A stretch of 64,000 nt of DNA, from positions 770,656 through 834,655 of the forward strand of contig NMRA01000123.1 in the NCBI GenBank assembly GCA_002633005.1. Reading direction: 5' to 3'. The notes beneath the pieces were generated by a model. It saw nothing but the letters and a program-made list of their open reading frames with translations. It did not search any database and was not told the DNA's origin. Below are positions 36,801 to 47,493 of this stretch, in pieces. Origin of the DNA: Phoronis australis (taxonomy: Eukaryota; Animalia; Phoronida). The position numbers were made by a program, and so were the translations under genes. Each line of letters starts with the position of its first letter. Position 1 is the first letter of the stretch.

Positions 36801-39800
36801 ATCCTGGATAAAGGCCTGGGACTGATTTTTCTTTGTTACAAAAGGCGAAGAATTATGCAAGAAAATGACATAGATTGTTTTTCACATAAACGGCTACAGA
36901 GGGCAAGGTGAGTATCAGTTGACTTCCAGATTTTGCATGCACCTCTGCCACTCTACATATTGATATAAGTTTCACAATGAGCTAGGAAACGAACAGAACT
37001 ACCCGGGCTGTGTGAATTTTTGGGATCTAGTGGAACTCAACACACAGTTGTACCTAGCTGTATTTTGACGATAGTCTTCATAGAGCTAGCTGGTTGGCTA
37101 GGCCCTAGGATGCACCAACGTCACTTGGAAGAAAAACAAAAAGGTTGTGAGCATGCACAAGTTGATCTGTCTACTGGAATATGTACTCGCACAGCCAATG
37201 ACCTATATCTCTTTGTGCTGTGCAACCTCAGTGACGTCATGAAAAACAGCGCTCACAGTGCAGCTTTATGGAACTAATATTTTTTTTAAATTAAAAAAGA
37301 AAAATATTGTGTACTATTGATGTGAATGTCTGAAACCAACCTTTATATTTTAAAAATTCATGCTAAAATGCAAAAACGTGTAGTTCAGGTTTCTTGTAAA
37401 ATGAATTCAACTTTGTACCAAGAAAGAAGGATCATGGTTAGGTACAAGAATTTTGATTAAAATCCTATGGTGTAAAAATGTAAACAGACATAACATTAAT
37501 GGTTACCGTACTTAATGGTATTTAATGTCACATCTATACCCAATATAAATAAGAAGTAGTCTTCATACACACCACATGTTGTTCACATCACGTTGGTAGA
37601 ACGTATCAGGAAACCAATTAATTTTTGTTTTACAATTTTGATAAGAACTTTATCTTTTATTAGCACACAAGAATCAGTTCACCGGTAGATTGCACTGTAA
37701 TGTATTTGATTTTATAAAATACCACATTTTATTCAATTGAGATTGATATTTAATAAATATTATTTAGAACGCCAGTTTAAAGTAACCTTCTTACATATGA
37801 ACAACTCAGTTATACTGAAAATGAAATTACAGTTACTGAAACTTATGAACAGTTATAGTTATACATAAAATAAATTACTTAAATTGTGAGGGTCTTACAC
37901 TTAAGCATTTCAAAAATCTTGAGCTTTGAAATTCAAGGATCAGGAAAATGAATAAGAGGTGCCACCTTCATCTAATGACACATCTGATTCATGCAATGGC
38001 GCGCCCTAGTGTCAAGCCAACAATAGAGTCTACTGCAGCCATCAGCTGCCATTCCTGTTGGGGATTAACGGAATAATCCATTCACCTTTCTTGGGATGGC
38101 AGGCAGATGTCTAGAGCTGATGACATGACTATCAGACTCCCACAGAGGTCAGAACATGCCTCAACCTGTCAAATGGTATAATCCATTGACTTAAAGGTAG
38201 TGTCAGGGCTCTGGAGGTGATGACAAGAGTTAAAGACTGGCTATCCATCTAGCTCCCATGTCAAGAGGTGATGACACGCTTTTCTGATTGGTCCACAACA
38301 AACTAGGGTTATAGGTCAGGAGATGCAGTATAAAGACAGGTCTAACAACAGTACAGAACTATCGATCTAAAATCACACCAGGAACATGCAGTCTTTTGAT
38401 ATGTCAACTTGTGAGCTTCACCAGATGTGTGGTCAAATGAATATGTCACAGACAGTGAGTGAGCAATATAAGGTTATAGATGATCCCAACATACAGGCTT
38501 TGCTGAGCTTTGTTGCATCGAGTTGCATTGGGCAACAAAGTATGTTCAACATGGCTGACTACAGCTTTGGAGCACTGCGATCTACCATAACACAATGCAA
38601 AGCCGTCGAGCCCAAGTTGAGTGGAGCAAAAACCAAAGCGCCAGTTGACACCGGCTTCAAACGAAGGAAGAACTCGGCACGACCCAGAGTACAATACATA
38701 TGTTTAATCGCTCGAGCTATTCTGGCATCTCCTAATGAGCAATGTACTCTTGCGGAAATTTATCGTTGGATACAGGAGAAGTATCCTTACTATCGTGTCG
38801 GCAATGCCTGGAAAAATTGTGTGCGATGCACCTTGTCAACAAATGACTGTTTTGTGAAGGGTGACCAAGTAGACACTGACAAGGGATGTAAATGGAGCAT
38901 TCATCCAGCCAATGTTATTGATTTTAAAAATGGCAAAATTAGACAACGACATGCAAACATGACGTACCGTAGATATATGGAAATGAACAGCCAAAGTCAT
39001 GTGACCACTTTACAGGACAATGCACTGTTGCTTTCAACTTCACATAAGCGACTGATACCTGAGAGTGCTGTTCATTCAGAGACAAAANGCTGGAACAAGT
39101 TGTCACTAGGCATAGTAGTAATGTGGACACTACTTTGACCCTACTTTTGCTGGGGCAACTTGACATGTGTAATGACTTACTTGACACTATCATGACACGG
39201 TAAATTGTTCTAGGGTAACTTGATCCAGCGCAAATCGTAGTGTGGACGCAAACCTGCAAACAAGGGAGAAGTAATTATCACCTGAGCCTTGCTCAGTTAA
39301 AGGTTTTGGGATGTTTCTTGCACCATGTACATGAATGACCTAGTACAGGTGGAAATTTAAGGGGAAACCCAATTAAAATTGTGAACTGAAGCACAAGTTT
39401 CAATGACCCCATTCACTGTCAACACAATAGAGAGCCAACTGGATGGGCTGCCAACAGGCACATAGTTTTATGACCTTGAATGAGTTGTCATTAAAGGATT
39501 ACATGATTGAGTGGAGCCCAAGTGGGTTGCTGTCAGTGTTACCTGTACATGGTCCCTTTTGATTGTCATTGTGTAGGGTGTGTAGACTGGATGCTTGGCT
39601 GAACAGGGGTAAGTTATGGTAGGGTAACTCTTGATGTGGAAATTCACAGTGAATGACTGAACACTGTGACAACAATGATCAGGTCATGATTACATAGTGC
39701 CTATTCATAAGGCAATGTCTGTTAGTGTTATGATAGGTGACTGACTTTTTTAGATGTAGGAAACATTCTTGAAGCGGCTCTCCATCACAAAAATAAAGTT

Positions 39801-42800
39801 TGATTTAGACCATTTGTTGTTATGCCCCATATTGTTCTTTTGTGAAATTTGATGTACCGTACTCGTCGGGGTTACCACCCATGCTCAGATTACCGCCCAC
39901 CCCCTGTTTTTTTAGATTTCCAATTTAAGCTCCCTGGGACAAGTACGGTAATTCCATGAATTTAAAAGAACTGACAGTTCATTCGTTGCTTGAGACCAGC
40001 CTCTACATGGTGGCTCGTCACAGTGCATCGAGGAATAATGAAGTGTCAGTTTTTTGTGAACCCAGAAATGACTTTCAGTCAGAGTAAAGAACCAATTTGA
40101 TGCCAAGTTTATAGTGCTAAGTGAAGTCTAAACCAAAAGTTTGCTACTTGAGGAATGAGGATTTATAGTTATTTTAATCCATTTGTAAACTTAGGAATAT
40201 GCAATTGATAGTCATTTGTTGTCAGATACCGTTTATTGTTCTTGCAACCGAAACTTTTCAGAAGGTAATGGACTTTCTGTCAATCGGGTATCAGCATTGT
40301 TAACACCCTCTGTGGTTTTTTTGACTCAAACTTTTTGTTGATATTTTGTTTCCAATTCACTGGGAGCATTATAAGCAATAACAAATATAATTATGTAAGA
40401 GGCTTCCTGGGTAATAATGATTAGTGGTTGGTTGTTAGCAGTGCTATTTAGTGTCACATCTTAGGGTAATTGTCACCTTTTCTACAAAATCAATTCCCAA
40501 AAACCGTCAATTCTTTTTTGTCAATTGAAGGAAACGTCATCAAATTTTGTTGTGGACACCTACACAGTGCGAACCCATAGTTCTAGATTAAAATAATTTT
40601 AATCTAGTCTTAGTCCTTTTGTTGAGGAATTATTAAATAAGTTTCAGTAGTTTGCCATATCATGTGCTAAATAAGAAAAGAATATTTTTTTCATGTCTGG
40701 TATCGTGTTTCAGATGTTTGGTCGAACACTGAAGTGCAGTTTAGCAAAGGACAATGGACGGGCAGCAGATTTTATCAGGAGGAAAAATTATCCGGACAAG
40801 AGTAAATGCTACGAGTGTGGGGTACGAGTACCAGGATTTTGGATTTGAAACATTTGTTACCGCTTAATAGTGTCACAAACAGTTTTATTTTAGTGTGTAT
40901 TGATACTAAGTGTACCTGAAAGATGTATATGCATGCTCCTAACTATCCTAATGATTGACACGAACTAATAACATTCAGTGTTATTTCCCAACACCACGTC
41001 AGGATACCTTCTAGACACGGTTGAGAGATTTACGCGGATCATTTTCTACTCAAAACTCGCTCTTAAAAACATTTGACAATTTCCAACCTACTTCATATTC
41101 ACATCATTGCTATATGTTGTGGTTTTAACTAATTTGACCAAGCAATCACGGAGATAAGGAATTATCGTGCAAGTCCCTCTTTAATGTATTTTCAAAATGG
41201 CAAAGCTGTTTGAAACATTGCAAGAGGTATCCCCAAGCTAGAAAAGTGTCTGTGCCTCGTAAATTGTCTTGTGTCATTATTGTCATAAAATTGTTTCAGG
41301 AATCCGGTCACTTAAGCTATAAATGTCCTGAAAATTTACTGGGCGAGAGGGAGCCACCGAAGAAGAAGGAAAAGAAACGTAAAGGTGACCAAACTGAAGA
41401 CAAGTAAGTCAATGATGTAAAGAGGATTTTGGGATTAAGGTTTCCCAAACGTAATTCACAAGTAGTTCTTTGCTAACACTTGAGTGCTGAACAGTTCAAA
41501 CTCAATGTTTTGTTGTTGTCTCAGGCAACGTAAATTCGATGGTGTGGTTTTCATTACTGTATGTCTCTAGCCTTTAATATCAAAAGAGACGTGAATTTTT
41601 ATGCCTTTGTGGTAACATTTAAAATTCCAAAGCTGTCTTCAGTGTATTGACTTCACTCCAGTCTTCTTACTTCAGTCTATTAGAATTAAGATCTGCCAAT
41701 TCATGCTGTTTGCTTTTGCTGTTATACATGTCACCGAACATAAACCATAAATTATGTGTCTCAAAATCAAACCCCCAGAAAATTTTCTCTATGAGCGAAC
41801 TTAAGAAAGGAAAGCAGTGAATGTTTTGATGCAATATTTACTACGAAACTGCCTCACAATTACCACTTGACAGACTGTAGTGCTTTCCACTAACCTTGCC
41901 CGGAGTCAGCAGTCATGAACCACATCATTTGATCTGGCGTTTCAGACGTGTTGTAATCAAGGAAGTGTAGTTGTATTCAAGCATCAAAATTCGCATCATT
42001 GATTTTGTCAAGAATCTTAAAGTGGGAATTTATTGTAATTGGGATTTTGGGGCGAAGGAGTGATACAAATAATTTCACCCCCTCCCAAAAACGTTCAAAT
42101 AGTTTTTATTGATGTTGCATTAATTTGATTGTATTCCAACTGCAATTTTTCACATTTTTCAAAAACCTTTGAGATATCTTTGTGAAAAATTGTGGTGACA
42201 CCCAATAGTTTTTGTTTTCCCCATTGTGGAACTGGTCATTTGTCTATTTTTCATCAAGAAAACATTTTCTTAACAATATGTTTACTGTGTTATGCTTTGA
42301 GAGCATTATAATTGCATCAGCGCGCTGTTGGGTTGTTTTATCAGGAATGAGGAAGACTTTGATGAGGAAAGTGACAGTGAAGACCCAGCTTTGGAAAGTC
42401 TTGCTCAGGCCATCAGTGATCAGGTATTGCACTTCCACGCATGGCGCCACATAGCAGTTGTGTTATTGTTTTTACATTAACTGCAAGCAACTTAACGAAT
42501 CATTCTTGACATTCGCCTCCATTATTTGTTGAGGCTGATCAGTAAAGTTCGGTCCGGTCAAAACTGGTTGGTTCTGATTTGCCCCCCAAAGCATCTCTCT
42601 GTGTAAAAAGCACAAGTCTGCATCAATTTCAGCTGAGATCTCAGAGTTTTTTCAGCAGCCACATACAAACAGGGCTCTAAACACCACAGCTTGCCGTGTC
42701 ATCCACTATTGCGCACCCCTCCTCCTCCCTAATATGGCAGACAAGTGATTGGTTTTCTCAGTTTATTTATTAAGATATTGAAGGAGCTTGAAATGAATGC

Positions 42801-43374
42801 TTATTCTTTTTTTTAATTTTATACCTTAAGTACTGGGAAAGTTTTGAGAATATGGGAGCTTTCACAACCAGAAGCGCTACCTGTTGTTCAAACCGAGAGA
42901 AAATATTCATAAAACTCTCATTTTACTTCATAGGAATCAGACTGCTTAGTAAAAATAAAGGTCGATCACAGATGAGTAAGAAAACAAAGAACTGAAATTT
43001 TTACTCTTTTGTTAGTAATGGCTTTCCCATATTTTCACATTTCATGGGCAGCTCATGACTGCACACCAGGGGGAGCTTTATTATTTTCTAATTTACCTTC
43101 ACACTGGCAATCAATGAGAGATCTTGTGTATTGAATATTTGAGGAGCGTTCTCTTGCAATTAGAACTAAAGGTACAGTGGGTTAAAAAACGTTACAAAAC
43201 CTGGGAGGTACAATAAATGTTGTAATTAATCTGTCTTTATAGCGTCAGAAAATGGAGACATCCTGGCAAAGTTTCCCAAGCACAAGTCTGTCTGGATGGG
43301 ATGAAACTGAGCCGAAGAGAAAGACGTATAAAAAGGACGCTTACTTTAGTGACGAAGAAGAACTGAGTGATTGA
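33894..43374 (+). CDS. ZCRB1: Zinc finger CCHC-type and RNA-binding motif-containing protein 1 (U11/U12 snRNP 31 kDa), 215 aa
   Basis: Exons 33894-34006, 34551-34662, 40714-40821, 41300-41403, 42345-42423 and 43243-43374 total 648 nt, all GT-AG and phase-consistent. The translation gives an RRM ([58 protein letters not shown]), then [21 protein letters not shown], a CCHC knuckle ([14 protein letters not shown]), [14 protein letters not shown] and the C-terminus [10 protein letters not shown]. All are hallmark ZCRB1 motifs. Confidence 0.96.
35112..35343. repeat. Minisatellite, 39-bp unit, ~6 copies, in ZCRB1 intron 2
   Basis: Unit TAGATACTCTGCTGTATACACGATTCTCTAATACACTTT with near-identical copies. 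Confidence 0.9.
36391..36818. mobile_element. Non-autonomous hAT-like MITE (428 bp) with an 8-bp TSD
   Basis: TIRs CTGGCCTTTATGCAG and CTGGATAAAGGCCTG (reverse complement CAGGCCTTTATCCAG). Flanks GGACTGAC and GGACTGAT are 7/8 identical. Confidence 0.7.
38287..38334 (+). promoter_or_regulatory. Core promoter of the nested FoxQ2-like gene: reverse CCAAT box (ATTGG, 38287-38291) and TATA box (TATAAA, 38329-38334)
   Basis: The sequence CTGATTGGTC...CAGTATAAAGAC puts the TATA box ~57 nt upstream of the ATG at 38386, with plausible spacing. Confidence 0.6.
38386..39138 (+). CDS. Intronless, divergent forkhead-box transcription factor, FoxQ2-like, nested in ZCRB1 intron 2; 3' end uncertain because of an N at 39088
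   Basis: Forkhead domain at ~38680-38955: [92 protein letters not shown]. The LSxNDCFxK and KGxxWxIHPANxxDFxxG motifs are typical of FoxQ2. CCAAT and TATA boxes lie upstream and AATAAA downstream. Confidence 0.82.
   Translation: MQSFDMSTCELHQMCGQMNMSQTVSEQYKVIDDPNIQALLSFVASSCIGQQSMFNMADYSFGALRSTITQCKAVEPKLSGAKTKAPVDTGFKRRKNSARPRVQYICLIARAILASPNEQCTLAEIYRWIQEKYPYYRVGNAWKNCVRCTLSTNDCFVKGDQVDTDKGCKWSIHPANVIDFKNGKIRQRHANMTYRRYMEMNSQSHVTTLQDNALLLSTSHKRLIPESAVHSETKXWNKLSLGIVVMWTLL
39792..39797 (+). terminator. Candidate polyadenylation signal of the FoxQ2-like gene
   Basis: AATAAA ~650 nt after the stop, followed by GT/T-rich sequence (catttgttgttatg...ttgttcttttgtg). Confidence 0.5.
39855..39950. 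mobile_element. Short Tc1/mariner-type MITE (96 bp including TA)
   Basis: Ends TACCGTACTCGTC and GACAAGTACGGTA form a 12/13 inverted match with terminal TA. Confidence 0.6.
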
Positions 43375-44893
43375 TGACTGTTTGGTTTTTGCTGTATTCA
43401 CAGGAGGAATAATATTTAAGACGTTGATTTTGTTGAACCACAGAAACCCTAAAATTTTCTATTGGAATGGTTTCACCATGAAACATCGTGGGCATGTGGT
43501 GTGAAGCAGTACCATACCATAATGCAACAACAACAGTTAATCATACAATGCATTTCCCTGCTGTCACAACAAACAGGAGTTCATATCAGGACGGTGCTAT
43601 GCTTTTTGGATCGATCCTGGAGTAGAATCCATGGTTTTACATCATTGCTTCAGAGGACTTTTTTTACCGAATCCAGCTACTTGAAAAATTTGTTTGAAGG
43701 AATGTTTTCTTTCAATACGTTGAACATGGACAAGTGACATAGCCATATTGGAGGAATCCTTCAAATATCTCTGGTTATTTCAGTCATGTTATCACATCAT
43801 AGTATCGTTACCCGAGTCAGGAGTCTTGTGGCTCTGGATTTTTGTTTTATTTCTTATTTTATTGTCTTGAGTCATTTGTTTGCATGATGCATAAAATAGA
43901 TTGTATTGCAACAAAATTGTGTTTTTATTGTTTCAGAGTGGTAACAGAATGCAGCCTCATGAAATAGTTATTTGGGTCGTCATTTAATTTTTCCTTGCAA
44001 ACTTAGTTCAGTGGAGAAGTTGCTAGGAGACAAAGTAGCAAGAGCTATAGATATTGCCCAGCTATCCTATGAAATATTGTAGTCAAGAATTTTCCGGCAA
44101 AATTTTGAAATGTTACTAAGCAGTGGTGCCTATTTATGCAATTATGTTTCCATCGTTTTTATCTCGCACTGTCTTTTTTTTTGTTTACAAAGAAATCCAA
44201 AAGGGACTCTTCAGTTTTGTCGGAACCATTGGTTTTAATTTTTCATTGTGAAATAGCTGACGATGACTCCTCAGGTCTAGGGTGAGCGATTTGCTGTACA
44301 AAAGAGGATGGGTCATTAGACTTCTATCTTGTCACTATTCAAGTACTGGCGTGGATGACTCTGCTTTTGGAGTTGCTGACATATAGGATTACAGCATTTA
44401 TAATTATACATTTCTAGTCAATTTGGTGTTTAGAAATTAGATTAGGTTGTTTTGAAGTTGCCCGTATCTGTTGATTGACAAAATTCATTCATACAAACCT
44501 GCCCGTCAAGAGCTATTTATGATTTTGGCAACTTTTGGTTATAAGCTGGTCTTGGCTTGTTTACTTAGCGTAAATTAAAACAATTTCAGTGCGTAAGAAG
44601 AAGTAACAGTGAGCCGTTGCTGAAGAGCCATCATGATGATAGTTGTACTTGAACCAGCCAACTTGAGCCAGTCATGAGTTAGGGACAAGTTGAGATCCTG
44701 TTGTTACATTGAGCGGCCTGACAAATTTGGTTGACAGCAGCTTTGAACATCAGAAGCATCTCCATTGGAAGTGGTCTAACATTGCTGAAATTTTAGCGAA
44801 GCTCTAGAATTGAAAATTAACGTAGTTATGAATTGTCATTGCAGACTGTACACAAAGAGTGAATTGTTCTTACAGATTTTCTGTCGTTTTACG

Positions 44894-47493
44894 ATGTCTA
44901 AGCCCCTAGTCTATTGGATGAGTGGCAGTCCCCCGTGCTGGAAAGTATTTTTAACTTTACAAGAATGCAGTGTCAGATACAAGGAGAAGCTATTGTCTGC
45001 GTCGCAAGGAGAAGTCCAGTCACCAGAAATGCTGAAGCTGAATCCTCGAGGAACGGTAGGAAGAGAACTTGAAATAAAAATTTATCGAGTCGATTACCTC
45101 GGCTGTCGCATTCAGTGCTTCACTCACCTGCAATAGTTGAGTTACTTTTTATTAGTTCGAATAAATAGTAAAGCAAATTAGATATGTTGAAATAAAATTA
45201 ACTGATACTACCTTTAAATCTTCGAATGAATAGGTTTTACAGTTTATAGATTCCTATTTTGTGATTACTTTGAATGTTGCTTATTTTAAATCGTGTAGTT
45301 TTAACTGTGTTCTGTTTGTACTTTAAGGGATAGGATAGATTTCTTAAAGTTATTAGTTTTGTCCAGAGCTATGAAACAACAAAATCCTAAATCCAGGTGA
45401 AACAACATTATGATGCATTGTTGTGCTGCTTTGTAAAATCTTTGTAACTAGGTTTTACAATTTTTACAATTGGTAAAATTCTGCTTGAATACATACTTTT
45501 CCAAAAGACAGCCTGATATTTTAGAATGTAATTTTTCTTTAAATGACTTGAAATTTCTATCAAAAGTGATGCCATGTTCCTTTAACGCCCTACAGGTACC
45601 TGTCTATGTTGAAGGGGGCACTGTGATCGTGGAGTCATTAGCTACGTGCCTGTACATTGTAAGCCAATGTCCAAAGCAGACGTTGTTGCCAACAGATGGA
45701 GCCACAAAAGCTCTTGTGCTGCAGAGGCTCATGGAGAGTAATATCATGCAAGACGTGAATAACCGTGAGTGCAACGTCTACGAATTTAATTCTTCTATGT
45801 TTACGTGCTTGGAATTCATGAGAGCAGACGTAAAAAATTTCCCATCATGCTTTTGGTTAGTTTTTGAGGTTTCGATCCATCTTTTGTAATTGCATAACAT
45901 AACCATGAAATTTTGAATTCCAATTGAGATCTGTCATTTTCCCAGTTCCTGCCATGTGATGTCACTGAACACAGGATGTCGTTGGTGTTCATCTCTGACT
46001 GCAAAAAGTCAACAGTCGTGAATACCCGGGGATTTACTCTTCTCAATGTAGTTGTCATTTTCAGAAGTGTGGTATAACATTGTGGCTGTGCCTAAAGACG
46101 AGAGAAATCCATCTGTTGTTCATGAAACAAAGGAGTTGCTCATCAAAGAACTGACTTTATGGGAACATAATATTGGCTCGGTAAGTTTATTCTTGAGAAT
46201 CAGATTTGGTTGCTAGGACTTGCTTGTTAAGTTACTCACAACATTAGAATCATATTGACTCACTAGAAATTCCAACCATTTCATGGCACCTTGTACTTAG
46301 TCGACAGATTTATACAAGTACTGTAATGTTTTTTAGTAACGGTCATCTAAGGTCCTTTTAAATGGAGCAGAGCAGTTAGTGCAGTAGTGATGACTTCAGG
46401 GCAATACTGAAATTAGTTGATACATCGTGGACTAAACTGGGGATTTTTTACCTCTTTGGCCTATAAAAAGTAATTCTTTGTGAATATTTTGGTTTGGATC
46501 ATTTTTTACATGAAGAAATACGCTATTAAGTAGTCAAAATAGATGTGTTAGGTTTTGGTTTTGTGGTACCGGTTGATAAACCTTGTTGCATTTGATACTT
46601 AGTTCTTAGTAACTCTTGGAATTGTGATGCCGGACAACAAGACTGTGGATAGGCTTAACAATGGACAAGGCTGACATCCGAATTTAGCCTCAATTTGAAA
46701 ACCGCTTCCATCTGGAGTTGAAACCAAACAAAGTTTTTGAAATGAAGGAAAACATCAACTCTCACCATTACGTGGGTTTTTTGCCCAGATTTGTTTTTCA
46801 AGTATTGATTTAACATGTAGTTAACGTTGTACTTTTAGAAGGAGTACATGGCCGGAGACACGTTCACGCTTGCCGATTGTGGTGCCTTTCCGCACATTGC
46901 ATTGTGGGTAAGGCTTGGAGTACGGCTGTACCCTCGTTTTCCAAACCTTAAGAAGTGAGTATTGCCTTCAATGGAAGATTAATGCGATCCCAATTCAGTG
47001 TTTTTCGAAGTTGATTCATCAAGTTAAAATAATTATAAATACCAATTGAAGAAATATCTGGAATTTTTTCAAGGGGAATAACTGAGTTTTAAAATTCTTA
47101 AAAGATTTACTTCATAGATAGTGTGGTTAAACATAATGGATGTTATACAATTAGTGACTTTCACCGAGGTAATTGTATTTTCAGACCCCAAAAATGTTAT
47201 AATGATCCAGGCAAAAGCTTTGACCTTGGCCAATATTGTTCTTCAGATATCCATATGACATGATGTCAGATTTCGTCCATGTTTGTAATTAATATGCAAA
47301 ACAAATATTTGTCTTATATTTATTCTGAGTTGATCAAGTCCTTGGTTTGTGTCTTAGAAATGATATTCATTAAGACTGCAACTTTTTCAGGTACTACGTG
47401 AGACTTTGCCAACGTGCTTCAGTGAAGAAAACATGGCCACCTCTGTGGACTGGTGACAACTGGACGAGTCTGACAGATTTGTATCAAACTTGA
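44894..47493 (+). CDS. Glutathione S-transferase, rho-class-like, 221 aa
   Basis: Exons 44894-45055, 45596-45764, 46065-46180, 46839-46954 and 47391-47493 total 666 nt and are phase-consistent. Motifs YWMSGSPPCWKV, LNPRGTVP, IVESLATCLY, ALVLQRLMES, VPKDER, LIKELTLWE, YMAGDTFTLAD and RASVKKTWPPLW match the rho/GST-A type pattern (YWGxGSPPCWRV...LNPRxQxP...ESxAxCLY...SWPPxW). An acceptor at 44875 implies a 5' non-coding exon. Confidence 0.9.
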
